From: Psychrosphaera sp.
GTDB lineage: Bacteria; Pseudomonadota; Gammaproteobacteria; Enterobacterales; Alteromonadaceae
Length of the DNA stretch: 64,000 bases
Reading direction: 5' to 3'
Assembly (NCBI GenBank): GCA_965221615.1
Contig: OZ244904.1
Location: 959,489 to 1,023,488, forward strand
The position numbers were made by a program, and so were the translations under genes. Numbering within the stretch: the stretch's first letter is position 1; every line of letters starts with the position of its first letter. The notes under the pieces are model-generated. The model was not told the DNA's origin, searched no databases, and saw only the letters and a list, made by a program, of their open reading frames with translations. This document shows positions 17,341-25,805 of the stretch, in pieces.

Positions 17341-18558
17341 GTGAAGTTTTTATTATCGGCCATGTCATTGGTCATCTTCTTACTTTTTACACCAACAGCA
17401 AAAGCTGAAGTTATGCTGTTTGGGGAGCGAGTTAAGCTGAAATCTGAAGTCTTGGAAGAAGAAAGAGAAATACAAGTCTTATTACCAGAAAATTATCAAT
17501 CGGATCTGGCCAGTACTTATCCCGTTGTTTATTTGTTGGATGGAGATTATAACTTCCACGGTATATCCGGAATGTTGGATTTGTTAGCTAACAAAGGCCA
17601 GCTTATTCCAAAAGTCATATTAGTTGGAATTGCAGATAAAGGAACCGGAACTTACAGACAAAATATGTCACCGACGGGAAGCGCTAAGCAATTTTTATCT
17701 TTCATAAAAGATGAGCTTACACCATACATAAATAAACATTATCGGGCAGCAAAAAACACAACGTTAGTCGGCCACTCAATTGGTGGACTATTTGTGTTAA
17801 ATGCATTTATGGAAGAACCCGAGCTATTTGAGCATTATGTGGCGATTAGCCCATCGGTTTGGATGTCGGATAATGCAATTATAGAGACAGCTAAACAAAA
17901 ACTCAAAAGTATAGATACCAACTCTTCTTTGTATATCTCTTTGGGAGATGAGGTCAAAATGAGTATTTACGCCTTTATCGACCAGTTGGATTACAAAGCA
18001 AAAACGAAACTTAATTGGCAGTTTAAACATTACCCAGATGAAAATCACAACTCTGTTAGTCTAATAGCACTGCGTGATGCACTGAAAGATATTTTTCGCG
18101 GTTGGTATACGACTGAGACGATTTTAGAGCGAAATTCACCTTCAGAAACGCTAGCATATTTCGAGCAAAAGCTAGCAGAGTTTAAGATTAGCCAACCTAT
18201 GCCTGCACTTATTTCTCACATTATGATCCGTCAACATTACAGGCAAAAAATCAGTGATAAATTACCAGCTTTTGTAGACGATTTAGTTGCTCGTTTGCCA
18301 GCTTCAAAACAAAGTTTTATAGCTAAACAGGCTTCATTTGTAGGTCATTACGCGACACAAGAAGATGCATTAGCACTGTTGTTAAAACATGAAACAGAGT
18401 TTTCTCAATCGATTGACTACCAAAAAGCGATTGCAGGTACTTATAAACAAATGAAGAACGAACAACTAGCTAAGACGTATTATCAAAAAGCGCTAGAGTT
18501 GGCCAAAGCACAAAACGTAGCTCAATGGCAATTGAACATTTTGCAAGAATATCTCTAA
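17341..18558 (+). CDS. secreted alpha/beta hydrolase (putative esterase family) with a helical C-terminal extension
   Basis: The 405-aa ORF has a GTG start and a signal peptide ending AKA. It has YPVVYLLDGD and the nucleophile elbow GHSIGG. The C-terminal part of about 140 aa is TPR-like and helical. Confidence 0.75.
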   Translation: MKFLLSAMSLVIFLLFTPTAKAEVMLFGERVKLKSEVLEEEREIQVLLPENYQSDLASTYPVVYLLDGDYNFHGISGMLDLLANKGQLIPKVILVGIADKGTGTYRQNMSPTGSAKQFLSFIKDELTPYINKHYRAAKNTTLVGHSIGGLFVLNAFMEEPELFEHYVAISPSVWMSDNAIIETAKQKLKSIDTNSSLYISLGDEVKMSIYAFIDQLDYKAKTKLNWQFKHYPDENHNSVSLIALRDALKDIFRGWYTTETILERNSPSETLAYFEQKLAEFKISQPMPALISHIMIRQHYRQKISDKLPAFVDDLVARLPASKQSFIAKQASFVGHYATQEDALALLLKHETEFSQSIDYQKAIAGTYKQMKNEQLAKTYYQKALELAKAQNVAQWQLNILQEYL

Positions 18559-18600
18559 TAGAAGATTCGATTTTGAAGTTAATTTGCAGGTTAAAAATGA

Positions 18601-18628
18601 AAACTCCCCAGCATGAGCTGAGGAGTTT
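18601..18628. terminator. hairpin between the convergent esterase and porin genes
   Basis: The arms aaactcc (18601-18607) and ggagttt (18622-18628) pair. An alternative pairing is ctcccc with ggggag. Confidence 0.4.
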
Positions 18629-18653
18629 CCGGGGAGATAACACAACTTGGGGA

Positions 18654-19745
18654 TTAGAATGTGCCAGAGAAGTCGTAACGCATACCAACACTTAAGTGGT
18701 TTTGTTCTTCGCCGCCTTCAATGTCTCTTGCTAACCACTCAACAAACACTCTTACTTGGTCATTAAGTTGGTTTTCTAGAGTTAGGTTGTAACCATCGAA
18801 AGTACGACCTAAACCATTACCATCCCAATCAAAGTATGATGTTTTAAAAGTGTAGTTTTCACTTAGCGAGATTGACGCACCAATATCAAATGATGATTGA
18901 TCATAAGTAATTGCACCTACATCACGCTCGATATCTTGGTAAGTCACAGCTACGTAAAGTGACTCGCTCACTTTCCAGCTACCAGCTACAGATTGGAAAG
19001 TACGCTCGTCAGCTTCACCTAATTCTTGCTCTAGGTATGATGCACCAAGATAGAAATCGCCGAAGCTATAACCTACACCGATAGAACTTGAGTCTACGTG
19101 ATGATTGCTGTCAGCTTGTGAGTTATCACCGCCAGCAGAATTTTCGGCGTCACCGTTTACTTGTACACCAGCGTCTAACTTAAACCCACCACTTGAGTAC
19201 TGGTAAGTAACCATTTGGTTCGTTCTGAACGGGCTTGCCTCATCATAAGCGAATGGGCTAGAGCGGTTATTAAACAAGTCGGTTACTTCTGCAACTATGT
19301 TGTAATGTGGGCTCCACTGCTTACCGATTGCGATACGGCCAAAATCACCTTTAAGACCAACATAACCTAGACGAGCGTCGCCAAAATCAGCGTCAGCTTC
19401 AACATCTACGTCCCATTCGCCGTGGTAAAATGCGGTAACACCACTACCAACATCTACGTCACCTTTAAAACCGATTCTTGAGAAGAAGTCAGTAATATCT
19501 GTACTAGTGCTTTCACCAAAGTCACTATATGTTAATGCCGGTCTAAAACTACCGTAAACAGTAACATCATTGCCTTTTGACTCAGAAGCTTGCTTCTTCT
19601 CAGATTGTTCTAATTCTGCAAGACGGTTTTGTAATTCGTCTAACTGTTTTTGAATGTCTTCTTTCGATGCTGCATTACTTGCAAAAGCTGGCAGCATTGC
19701 CACTGTTAGAGGCAATAATACATGTTTCATTTTTATATTTTTCAT
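18654..19745 (-). CDS. outer-membrane porin with an N-terminal coiled-coil segment
   Basis: The 363-aa ORF has a signal peptide ending ASNAAS and the coiled coil KEDIQKQLDELQNRLAELEQ. It shows an alternating beta-strand pattern, is rich in Gly, Asp and Tyr, and ends in Phe. Confidence 0.8.
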   Translation of the reverse strand: MKNIKMKHVLLPLTVAMLPAFASNAASKEDIQKQLDELQNRLAELEQSEKKQASESKGNDVTVYGSFRPALTYSDFGESTSTDITDFFSRIGFKGDVDVGSGVTAFYHGEWDVDVEADADFGDARLGYVGLKGDFGRIAIGKQWSPHYNIVAEVTDLFNNRSSPFAYDEASPFRTNQMVTYQYSSGGFKLDAGVQVNGDAENSAGGDNSQADSNHHVDSSSIGVGYSFGDFYLGASYLEQELGEADERTFQSVAGSWKVSESLYVAVTYQDIERDVGAITYDQSSFDIGASISLSENYTFKTSYFDWDGNGLGRTFDGYNLTLENQLNDQVRVFVEWLARDIEGGEEQNHLSVGMRYDFSGTF

Positions 19746-19840
19746 TGTATTACCTACGTTGTTTTGTTGTTGTATTTAACTATTTATTTGCTCTTATGAG
19801 CCCTGTTGATATTCATAGCTGGGCACAAATGAACAGCTAT

Positions 19841-19877
19841 AAAAAATCAATCGCCCCCGTAGAGTTAGCTACAGGAG
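19841..19877 (-). terminator. probable intrinsic terminator of glyA
   Basis: On the minus strand, ctcctgtag ... ctacggggg forms a stem with one G-U pair, followed by cgattgatttttt. It starts 11 nt after the glyA stop. Confidence 0.55.
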
Positions 19878-19887
19878 CGAAAGAAAA

Positions 19888-21180
19888 CTATTGGTACAAT
19901 GGGAATTGCTGACACAAGTCTTGAACTTTCTTCAATACTTCTTGTTCTGCAACGCTATTGTCATCTGGGTTTGCTGCAAGTCCATCAAGAACGTCACCTA
20001 TCCAATGACCGATTTGGCTGAACTCTTTTTCACCAAAGCCTCGACTAGTTCCTGCTGGAGTACCTAATCGAACACCTGATGTAACCATAGGTTTTTCAGT
20101 GTCGAATGGGATGCCATTTTTATTACAGGTAATACCCGCACGCTCTAAACTCTCTTCAGCTTTGTTGCCTTTTAGGCCTTTTGGTCTTAGGTCAACTAGC
20201 ATTAAGTGAGTGTCGGTACCGTCTGTAACTATGTCACAGCCTCTTTCCTTTAACGTTTCAGCTAACACTCGGGCATTGGTTAATACTTGTTGAATGTAAG
20301 TTGCAAACTCTGGTTTTAGTGCTTCACCGAAAGCGACGGCTTTAGCTGCGATAACGTGCATAAGTGGGCCACCTTGCAAGCCTGGGAATACAGCTGAGTT
20401 GATCTTTTTCGCGATGTCAGCGTTATTAGTTAAGATCATACCGCCACGTGGACCTCGTAAAGTTTTGTGAGTTGTTGTTGTCACAACATCGGCATAAGGC
20501 AGTGGGTTTTGGTGATTGTTTGTTGCGATTAGGCCAGCGATGTGTGCCATATCGACCATTAATAACGCACCTACATCGTCCGCAATTTCTCTAAAACGAG
20601 CGAAGTCAATGGTACGAGGGATTGCTGAACCACCTGCAATAATTAGCTTTGGTTGATGTTCTTTAGCAAGATTATGAACTTCGTCATAATCAATTAGCAT
20701 TGTGTCTCTAGATACGCCGTATTGTACAGCATTGAACCACTTTCCTGATTGAGCAGGACGAGCTCCATGAGTTAAGTGACCACCTGCATCTAATGACATA
20801 CCTAAGATAGTGTCACCTGGTTGAAGCAAGGCTAGTTTTACTGCACCATTAGCTTGTGCACCTGAGTGAGGTTGAACATTTACATATTCAGCGTCAAATA
20901 ATTGCTTAGCGCGCTCAATGGCAATTGTTTCTACGTCATCTACGTATTCACAACCACCGTAATAGCGACGGCCAGGATAACCCTCCGCATATTTATTTGT
21001 TAATACAGTCCCTTGCGCTTGCATTACTGCTTTAGAAACAATGTTTTCAGAAGCAATTAACTCTATTTGTTGATTCTGACGAGTATCTTCTTGGCCGATA
21101 GCTTGCGCGATGGCACTATCGGAATCCGTAAGATCCGCTGAAAAAAACTGCTGTAAAATTTCAAATTGATATCGACTCAT
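19888..21180 (-). CDS. glyA: serine hydroxymethyltransferase
   Basis: The 430-aa ORF has the PLP-lysine motif [14 protein letters not shown] and the motifs SENIVS and [15 protein letters not shown]. Confidence 0.97.
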   Translation of the reverse strand: MSRYQFEILQQFFSADLTDSDSAIAQAIGQEDTRQNQQIELIASENIVSKAVMQAQGTVLTNKYAEGYPGRRYYGGCEYVDDVETIAIERAKQLFDAEYVNVQPHSGAQANGAVKLALLQPGDTILGMSLDAGGHLTHGARPAQSGKWFNAVQYGVSRDTMLIDYDEVHNLAKEHQPKLIIAGGSAIPRTIDFARFREIADDVGALLMVDMAHIAGLIATNNHQNPLPYADVVTTTTHKTLRGPRGGMILTNNADIAKKINSAVFPGLQGGPLMHVIAAKAVAFGEALKPEFATYIQQVLTNARVLAETLKERGCDIVTDGTDTHLMLVDLRPKGLKGNKAEESLERAGITCNKNGIPFDTEKPMVTSGVRLGTPAGTSRGFGEKEFSQIGHWIGDVLDGLAANPDDNSVAEQEVLKKVQDLCQQFPLYQ

Positions 21181-21577
21181 CGCCTTTCCTCATTTGTTTT
21201 CGATAACCGCAAACTCACCTAAACGGGCAATGAACTTAAGTTTAGGTAGAGGGGAATATGCGGTCTTTGTTACGTTTGTTATGCCAATGGCATTAGGGAT
21301 TAGGGTTAAAAGGGGAAGTTTATTTTTTAACAACTTTAATAAATGGGTCAGGTTGAAATGAGAAAGGTAATTAACGAGGCCTTGCTTGAATGTAGATTGC
21401 GTATGGGGTCTCCAAGCATAGAAATTTAAATGATCAAACATCACACAGGACAAATAGTAGGTAAAGCCCGTACCTTTCTTTGTCTTTAAAATATTAGTGA
21501 TGATGTTTGTCACAAATCGCTCCCGTTAAGTCTTAAATTGCGTTTTTCAACCTGACCGTTTTTTAAACATAACAAAA

Positions 21578-21617
21578 TAGTTTCCAAAAACAAGTAAAAG
21601 TTTCACAAAGGAAACTA
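21578..21617. promoter_or_regulatory. 8-bp perfect inverted repeat TAGTTTCC-N24-GGAAACTA in the divergent glyA / regulator intergenic region (candidate operator)
   Basis: The arms tagtttcc (21578-21585) and ggaaacta (21610-21617) are exact complements, with an extra half-site agtttca at 21598-21604. Related half-sites tagtttg and ggaaac occur at 22564-22585 upstream of the symporter gene. Confidence 0.3.
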
Positions 21618-21756
21618 ATTTCTCATTTTATGAATTTATGTCGGTAATTTGATGGAAGATTTACTTTTTGTAGAAAATGTTCACTGTTCTTTATTCATTG
21701 TTCGAAAAATCTGTGCCAGAATGCGGTAATAAGTAATATAAAAAGCAGGTGAATTT

Positions 21757-22407
21757 ATGACTCAGCAAGAGCCGTTAGATAGGTACCCATCTACTGTTTT
21801 AGAGGAAGAAGAAGCTGAACAAAATAAAAAAAGTGTTGAGCAATCTACAGCAACGAATATTGAGATTGGTGAACACCTGCGCCGTATCCGTAAAGAAAAT
21901 AAGTTAACGCTGGATGAAGCAAGCAAGTTAACGGGCCTCGCAAAATCAACTTTATCTAAAATTGAAAATCAGCAGGTGTCTCCGACTTTCGCAGTAATGC
22001 AGAAGCTTGCGAAGGGACTAGACATAGATATCCCTCAGTTATTTTCTAAACCTAAAACCAAGAAACCAAATGGCCGTCGCGATATTACCAAAAGTGGCGA
22101 AGGCACTCCTCACATAACGTCTACCTATGAACATGAGCTGTTGGCTACTCAACTAAGTCAAAAGTCTATGATGCCGTACAAGAGTCGAATTCATGCTAGA
22201 TCATTTGAAGACTTTGGTAAGTGGGTAAGACACGAAGGCGAAGAGTTTATTTTGGTACTCGAAGGGGAAGTACAATTGCTCACAGAGTTCTATCAACCTG
22301 TAACTTTGAGCGAAGGTGATACTGCTTATTACGACGCTAACATGGGGCATTTAGTTATTTCGACTAGTCAAGAAGACGCTCTTGTTCTTTGGATCACTTC
22401 AGCTTAA
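21757..22407 (+). CDS. XRE-family HTH plus cupin-domain transcriptional regulator
   Basis: The 216-aa ORF has the HTH_3 core IGEHLRRIRKENKLTLDEASKLTGLAKSTLSKIENQQVSPT. The C-terminal cupin region reads HEGEEFILVLEGEV...GDTAYYDANMGH. Confidence 0.85.
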   Translation: MTQQEPLDRYPSTVLEEEEAEQNKKSVEQSTATNIEIGEHLRRIRKENKLTLDEASKLTGLAKSTLSKIENQQVSPTFAVMQKLAKGLDIDIPQLFSKPKTKKPNGRRDITKSGEGTPHITSTYEHELLATQLSQKSMMPYKSRIHARSFEDFGKWVRHEGEEFILVLEGEVQLLTEFYQPVTLSEGDTAYYDANMGHLVISTSQEDALVLWITSA

Positions 22408-22417
22408 TCCTATCTAT

Positions 22418-22445
22418 GCTTCTAGATAGCTCCCTGTCTAGAAGC
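22418..22445 (+). terminator. strong hairpin after the regulator gene, with no U-tract (terminator or protein-binding palindrome)
   Basis: The arms gcttctaga (22418-22426) and tctagaagc (22437-22445) form a perfect 9-bp stem. The stem is followed by an A-rich run, not a T-rich one. Confidence 0.4.
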
Positions 22446-22682
22446 TAAAATAAAAAAAATGTTCTTACCTAACCTCTTGATATAAATTGCTTTTTAGACA
22501 TTTTTGGCATCTATTTTCAACAATTAGAGTAAATGCACGGTTGTTTTATATTTCTTTTTTGTCTAGTTTGTTTCTAATTGGAAACGAGAATTAACCTTCG
22601 ATACCGTTTTCAATTTGTAACAGATAACTAAAAAGCAGTGACAAACTGCGAACAATTATAAAAATATCAACAAGAGGTTTCT

Positions 22683-24062
22683 ATGGAAGCAATAAGCAAC
22701 ATAGTTTCATACATAAACGGCATAGTTTGGGGTGTCCCAATGCTTGTCATGATTTTAGGTGTGGGACTGTTTTTAACTTTTGGCTTAAAACTTATGCCAG
22801 TTCTAAGACTAGGCACAGGTTTTAAACTTCTTTGGACTGGTCGTATTCCAGGAAAAGACAGCGATGATAAAGGTGATATTAGCCCGTTCAACGCATTGAT
22901 GACATCACTTTCTGCAACAATTGGTACTGGTAACATTGCCGGCGTTGCTACAGCTATCTTCCTTGGTGGTCCAGGTGCATTATTCTGGATGTGGTGTACC
23001 GCATTAGTAGGTATGGCAACTAAGTTTGCAGAGGCTGTATTAGCTGTTAAATACCGTGAAAAGGACGCGAATGGCGAGTACATAGGCGGTCCTATGTATT
23101 ACATTAAAAACGGTTTATCTAGTAAGTGGGCATGGTTAGGTACTGCATTTGCTATCTTTGGTGCAATTGCTGGTTTCGGTATCGGTAATACGGTACAAGC
23201 TAACTCAGTTGCTAATGCAATCGAATCTAACTTTGGCGTTGCTCCTATTGTTACTGGTTTAGTAATGATGGTGTTAGTTGGTGCTGTACTAATGGGTGGT
23301 ATCAAACGTATCGCTGATGTTGCAGGTAAGCTAGTTCCATTAATGGCTATATTCTATATCATTGCAGGTTTAGCAGTATTAATTACTAATGCTTCTGAAA
23401 TCCCAGCAGCTTTCGCCTTAATTATTGAAAGTGCATTCACAGGTACTGCCGCTCAAGGTGGTTTTGCTGGTGCTGCTGTTTGGGCTGCTATCCGCTTTGG
23501 TGTGGCTCGTGGTGTGTTCTCAAACGAAGCTGGTTTAGGTAGTGCTCCAATTGCTCACGCTTCAGCGAAAACAAATAACCCTGTTGGTCAAGGCCTAGTA
23601 GCAATGTTAGGTACTTTCATTGATACATTAATTGTTTGTAGTATTACTGGTTTAGCTATCGTAGTTACAGGTGAGTGGACAAGCGGTGAAACAGGTGCGG
23701 CGTTAACGTCTGCAGCATTTGCTAATGCATTACCATTTGGTAACTATATTGTAGCGGTTTCTCTTGCTGTATTCGCATTTACAACGGTACTAGGTTGGAG
23801 TGTATACGGTGAGAAATGTATCTCATACTTATTTGGTACTAAGGCTGTAATGCCATTCCGTATCATTTGGATCTTAGTAGTTCCAGTTGGTGCAGCAGGT
23901 TCACTAGAGTTCATCTGGTTACTAGCTGATACTATGAATGCAATGATGGCTATTCCTAACCTGATTGCAATCGCGCTATTAAGTCCAGTAGTATTCAAGA
24001 TGACTAAAGAATACTTTGCAGGTAAAAAAGCGGACGAAGGTTCTGAAGTAACAGAGTCTTAA
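22683..24062 (+). CDS. alanine/glycine:cation symporter (AGCS family)
   Basis: The 459-aa polytopic membrane protein has the AGCS signature region SPFNALMTSLSATIGTGNIAGVATAI and the motif FSNEAGLGSAPIAHA. Confidence 0.92.
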   Translation: MEAISNIVSYINGIVWGVPMLVMILGVGLFLTFGLKLMPVLRLGTGFKLLWTGRIPGKDSDDKGDISPFNALMTSLSATIGTGNIAGVATAIFLGGPGALFWMWCTALVGMATKFAEAVLAVKYREKDANGEYIGGPMYYIKNGLSSKWAWLGTAFAIFGAIAGFGIGNTVQANSVANAIESNFGVAPIVTGLVMMVLVGAVLMGGIKRIADVAGKLVPLMAIFYIIAGLAVLITNASEIPAAFALIIESAFTGTAAQGGFAGAAVWAAIRFGVARGVFSNEAGLGSAPIAHASAKTNNPVGQGLVAMLGTFIDTLIVCSITGLAIVVTGEWTSGETGAALTSAAFANALPFGNYIVAVSLAVFAFTTVLGWSVYGEKCISYLFGTKAVMPFRIIWILVVPVGAAGSLEFIWLLADTMNAMMAIPNLIAIALLSPVVFKMTKEYFAGKKADEGSEVTES

Positions 24063-24095
24063 TCCGATAATCCCCTAATTTATGTGTGTTGTTGA

Positions 24096-24127
24096 AAAAG
24101 CCGCTTCAATTGAAGCGGCTTTTTATT
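24096..24127 (+). terminator. intrinsic terminator of the symporter gene
   Basis: The sequence is aaaaagccgcttcaattgaagcggcttttt. Confidence 0.85.
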
Positions 24128-24216
24128 ATTCGCTCGACATATCTGTTTCTCGTCCTTGAAATATCTGTCTTAGCCTTTATTTAAGTATTTATAACAATTA
24201 CAGGAAGTTAGATATT

Positions 24217-24594
24217 GTGTTTTGGCATTTTTCATTTTGGCTGTTGGTTGCATTATTGATACTACCGCTGCCTTTTAAACTTTATGGCTATCTCAAAGGC
24301 ACAGATGACAGCAAACTAGTCGTAAAAATTGAAGAATCAGCAAATGCTGTGTTTATGGCCTTTGGCTTGATTGGGTTTTATGGTTATCTTCATCGAGTTG
24401 AAATATTTACTCCGATAATTTGGCAAGTTTGGCTTGTGCTTGCGATTTTGTGGTCAATACTAGCGGTGTTTTGGTCGCCAAAGTTGGCTTTAGCGACGGA
24501 AGTGATGGGGAAAAACAAGATGAGGCTTGTAGCTGGTGTTAGCTGTTTGATTTATTTTCCTATGCTTTTGGCTGTGTACTTTTACGCTTTTTAA
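24217..24594 (+). CDS. hypothetical 4-TM membrane protein
   Basis: The 125-aa ORF has a GTG start and four hydrophobic helices. I recognised no family. Confidence 0.5.
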   Translation: MFWHFSFWLLVALLILPLPFKLYGYLKGTDDSKLVVKIEESANAVFMAFGLIGFYGYLHRVEIFTPIIWQVWLVLAILWSILAVFWSPKLALATEVMGKNKMRLVAGVSCLIYFPMLLAVYFYAF

Positions 24595-24606
24595 ATAAAG
24601 TTGACG

Positions 24607-25446
24607 CTATTTCGATAGTACTTGCATGAATTTGCGTTTAACGGAACGCCAGTGAGTAGCAGGTTTTGTTGGTGCGTTATCTATCAACTGCTGCCACTCA
24701 TGCTCCGCGATCTTTCTTTCTCCTCCATGAGCTAAAACAATAGTTTCGATACCCATATTTTTAACTTTTTCTAATGAAGCTTTATACCGATTAGGATAGA
24801 AAACAGGGAAGGGAGGTGCATATTGTCCTTTAACAATAACGACTAAATCAGCAACATAAATTTTATTCGAGTTTTTATGCAGCAATGATATGTCTCTGTC
24901 GGTATGGCCATGAGTTGTTACTACCTGCCATTCTTCAAAGCTTGGTAATGTTTGCCCATCAACCAGATACAAATCCGGTACCAATTTCCTTGGGTACCAA
25001 AGGTTTTCTGTTTTCTTACCTTTTCGGCCTGCAACCCATCGGGCCAACGCCATATCCGTTAAGTACATCAAGATACCATCAATACCTGTGTACCAATGCT
25101 TGTTAGCAGTACCTGCGGCAATTTTACATCCTGTGAGTTGTTGTAAACGACTTGCTGCGCCTGCGTGATCTGGATGCATGTGTGTGCAAACAACGAGTTT
25201 TAGGTCAGTTAAAGGGCGTTTCAGTTTATTTTCAATAAAATCGCAAATAACAGGAACATCTGCGCGACATGCTCCATCGAGTAAAAATAGACCGTGGGGA
25301 TATTCAACTAAATAAATAGACTGAATATAGCCTTCAAATTCGTAAAGTTTCACACTTAACCTGTTAACTAGTCGTACCAGTTGCGTACTGTAAACAAATG
25401 GTAGGTTGCAATCAAGGCAACTATGCTTTGAGGAGCTCAATTGCAC
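24607..25446 (-). CDS. MBL-fold metallo-hydrolase. The start is uncertain. GTG 25446 is the start in the ORF track, and an alternative GTG lies near 25353.
   Basis: The 279-aa ORF has the HxHxDH motif as CTHMHPDHAG, plus later conserved His residues (TTHGHTDRD, LAHGG). Confidence 0.8.
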   Translation of the reverse strand: MQLSSSKHSCLDCNLPFVYSTQLVRLVNRLSVKLYEFEGYIQSIYLVEYPHGLFLLDGACRADVPVICDFIENKLKRPLTDLKLVVCTHMHPDHAGAASRLQQLTGCKIAAGTANKHWYTGIDGILMYLTDMALARWVAGRKGKKTENLWYPRKLVPDLYLVDGQTLPSFEEWQVVTTHGHTDRDISLLHKNSNKIYVADLVVIVKGQYAPPFPVFYPNRYKASLEKVKNMGIETIVLAHGGERKIAEHEWQQLIDNAPTKPATHWRSVKRKFMQVLSK

Positions 25447-25484
25447 AAAGCTTGCGCATTTATATATTTAGCAGACAAATCTTT

Positions 25485-25588
25485 AGAAGAATAGAAGAAT
25501 AGAAGAATAGAAGAATAGAAGAATAGAAGAATAGAAGAATAGAAGAATAGAAGAATAGAAGAATAGAAGAATAGAAGAATAGAAGAAT
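25485..25588. repeat. perfect microsatellite (AGAAGAAT) x 13
   Basis: Thirteen uninterrupted 8-bp units (104 bp) are followed by A7. The plus strand is about 88 percent purine. The repeat lies between the MBL gene start and the terminator of the upstream amidohydrolase gene. Confidence 0.98.
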
Positions 25589-25589
25589 A

Positions 25590-25622
25590 AAAAAAGAGTG
25601 CGACGTTTGTGCACTCTTTTTT
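25590..25622 (-). terminator. bidirectional intrinsic terminator, serving the 1105-aa amidohydrolase gene
   Basis: The sequence is aaaaagagtgc gacgtttgt gcactctttttt. Confidence 0.8.
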
Positions 25623-25627
25623 GCTTA

Positions 25628-25804
25628 CAGTTTAGGTTCTGAACCGAGTTCAGGATGGGCCTACTTAACGGCCACTTACAGCTTAGGTCCTGAATCGAGT
25701 TCAATATGACCTACTTAACGAGATCCTGAAATGAACTCAGGATGACCTATTTAACGAGATCCTGAAATGAATTCAGGATGACCTATTTAACGGTCACTTA
25801 CCGC
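25628..25804. repeat. four tandem REP-like units (two of about 50 bp, two of 36 bp), each with an internal CCTGAA-N5-TTCAGG palindrome
   Basis: The units lie at 25628-25678, 25679-25720, 25721-25756 and 25757-25792, with a partial tail to 25804. The last two differ at one base. The best stem is atcctgaa / ttcaggat (8 bp). Confidence 0.9.
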
Positions 25805-25805
25805 T

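Noticed and set aside
21190-21513. A 107-aa ORF immediately upstream of glyA.
   Set aside because: I did not list it as a feature. It has no recognisable family, a low-complexity Lys/Leu/Asn/Thr-rich sequence and no clear RBS. It is kept only as a question inside the long-leader finding.
21181-21756. A glycine or THF riboswitch upstream of glyA.
   Set aside because: I read the minus strand for the conserved cores (the GGAGAG...CACCG...GGGCAA...CTCAGGCAAAAGGAC type for glycine) and did not see them. A covariance-model scan would be needed to be certain.
22418-22445. The 9-bp perfect palindrome after the XRE-cupin gene, as a definite terminator.
   Set aside because: It lacks a downstream U-tract on the plus strand. 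I kept it only as a low-confidence feature, because it may instead be a protein-binding palindrome.
22667-23083. A 138-aa antisense ORF inside the AGCS symporter gene. Similar antisense ORFs occur at 23099-23305 and 23744-23998.
   Set aside because: They overlap a strongly supported membrane-transporter gene on the opposite strand. The products are typical shadow ORFs of a Gly/Ala-rich gene.
25483-25704. A 73-aa minus-strand ORF whose product is a repeating FFYSSILL peptide.
   Set aside because: It is simply the (AGAAGAAT)13 microsatellite read in frame, because 3 units equal 8 codons. It also runs through a terminator hairpin. There is no RBS or coding signal.
25485-25804. A possible CRISPR array, considered because of the many short repeats.
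   Set aside because: The repeats are directly tandem or separated only by related sequence, with no unique spacers of constant length. There are no cas genes in the window. The units of 8 bp and 36-50 bp do not fit CRISPR architecture.
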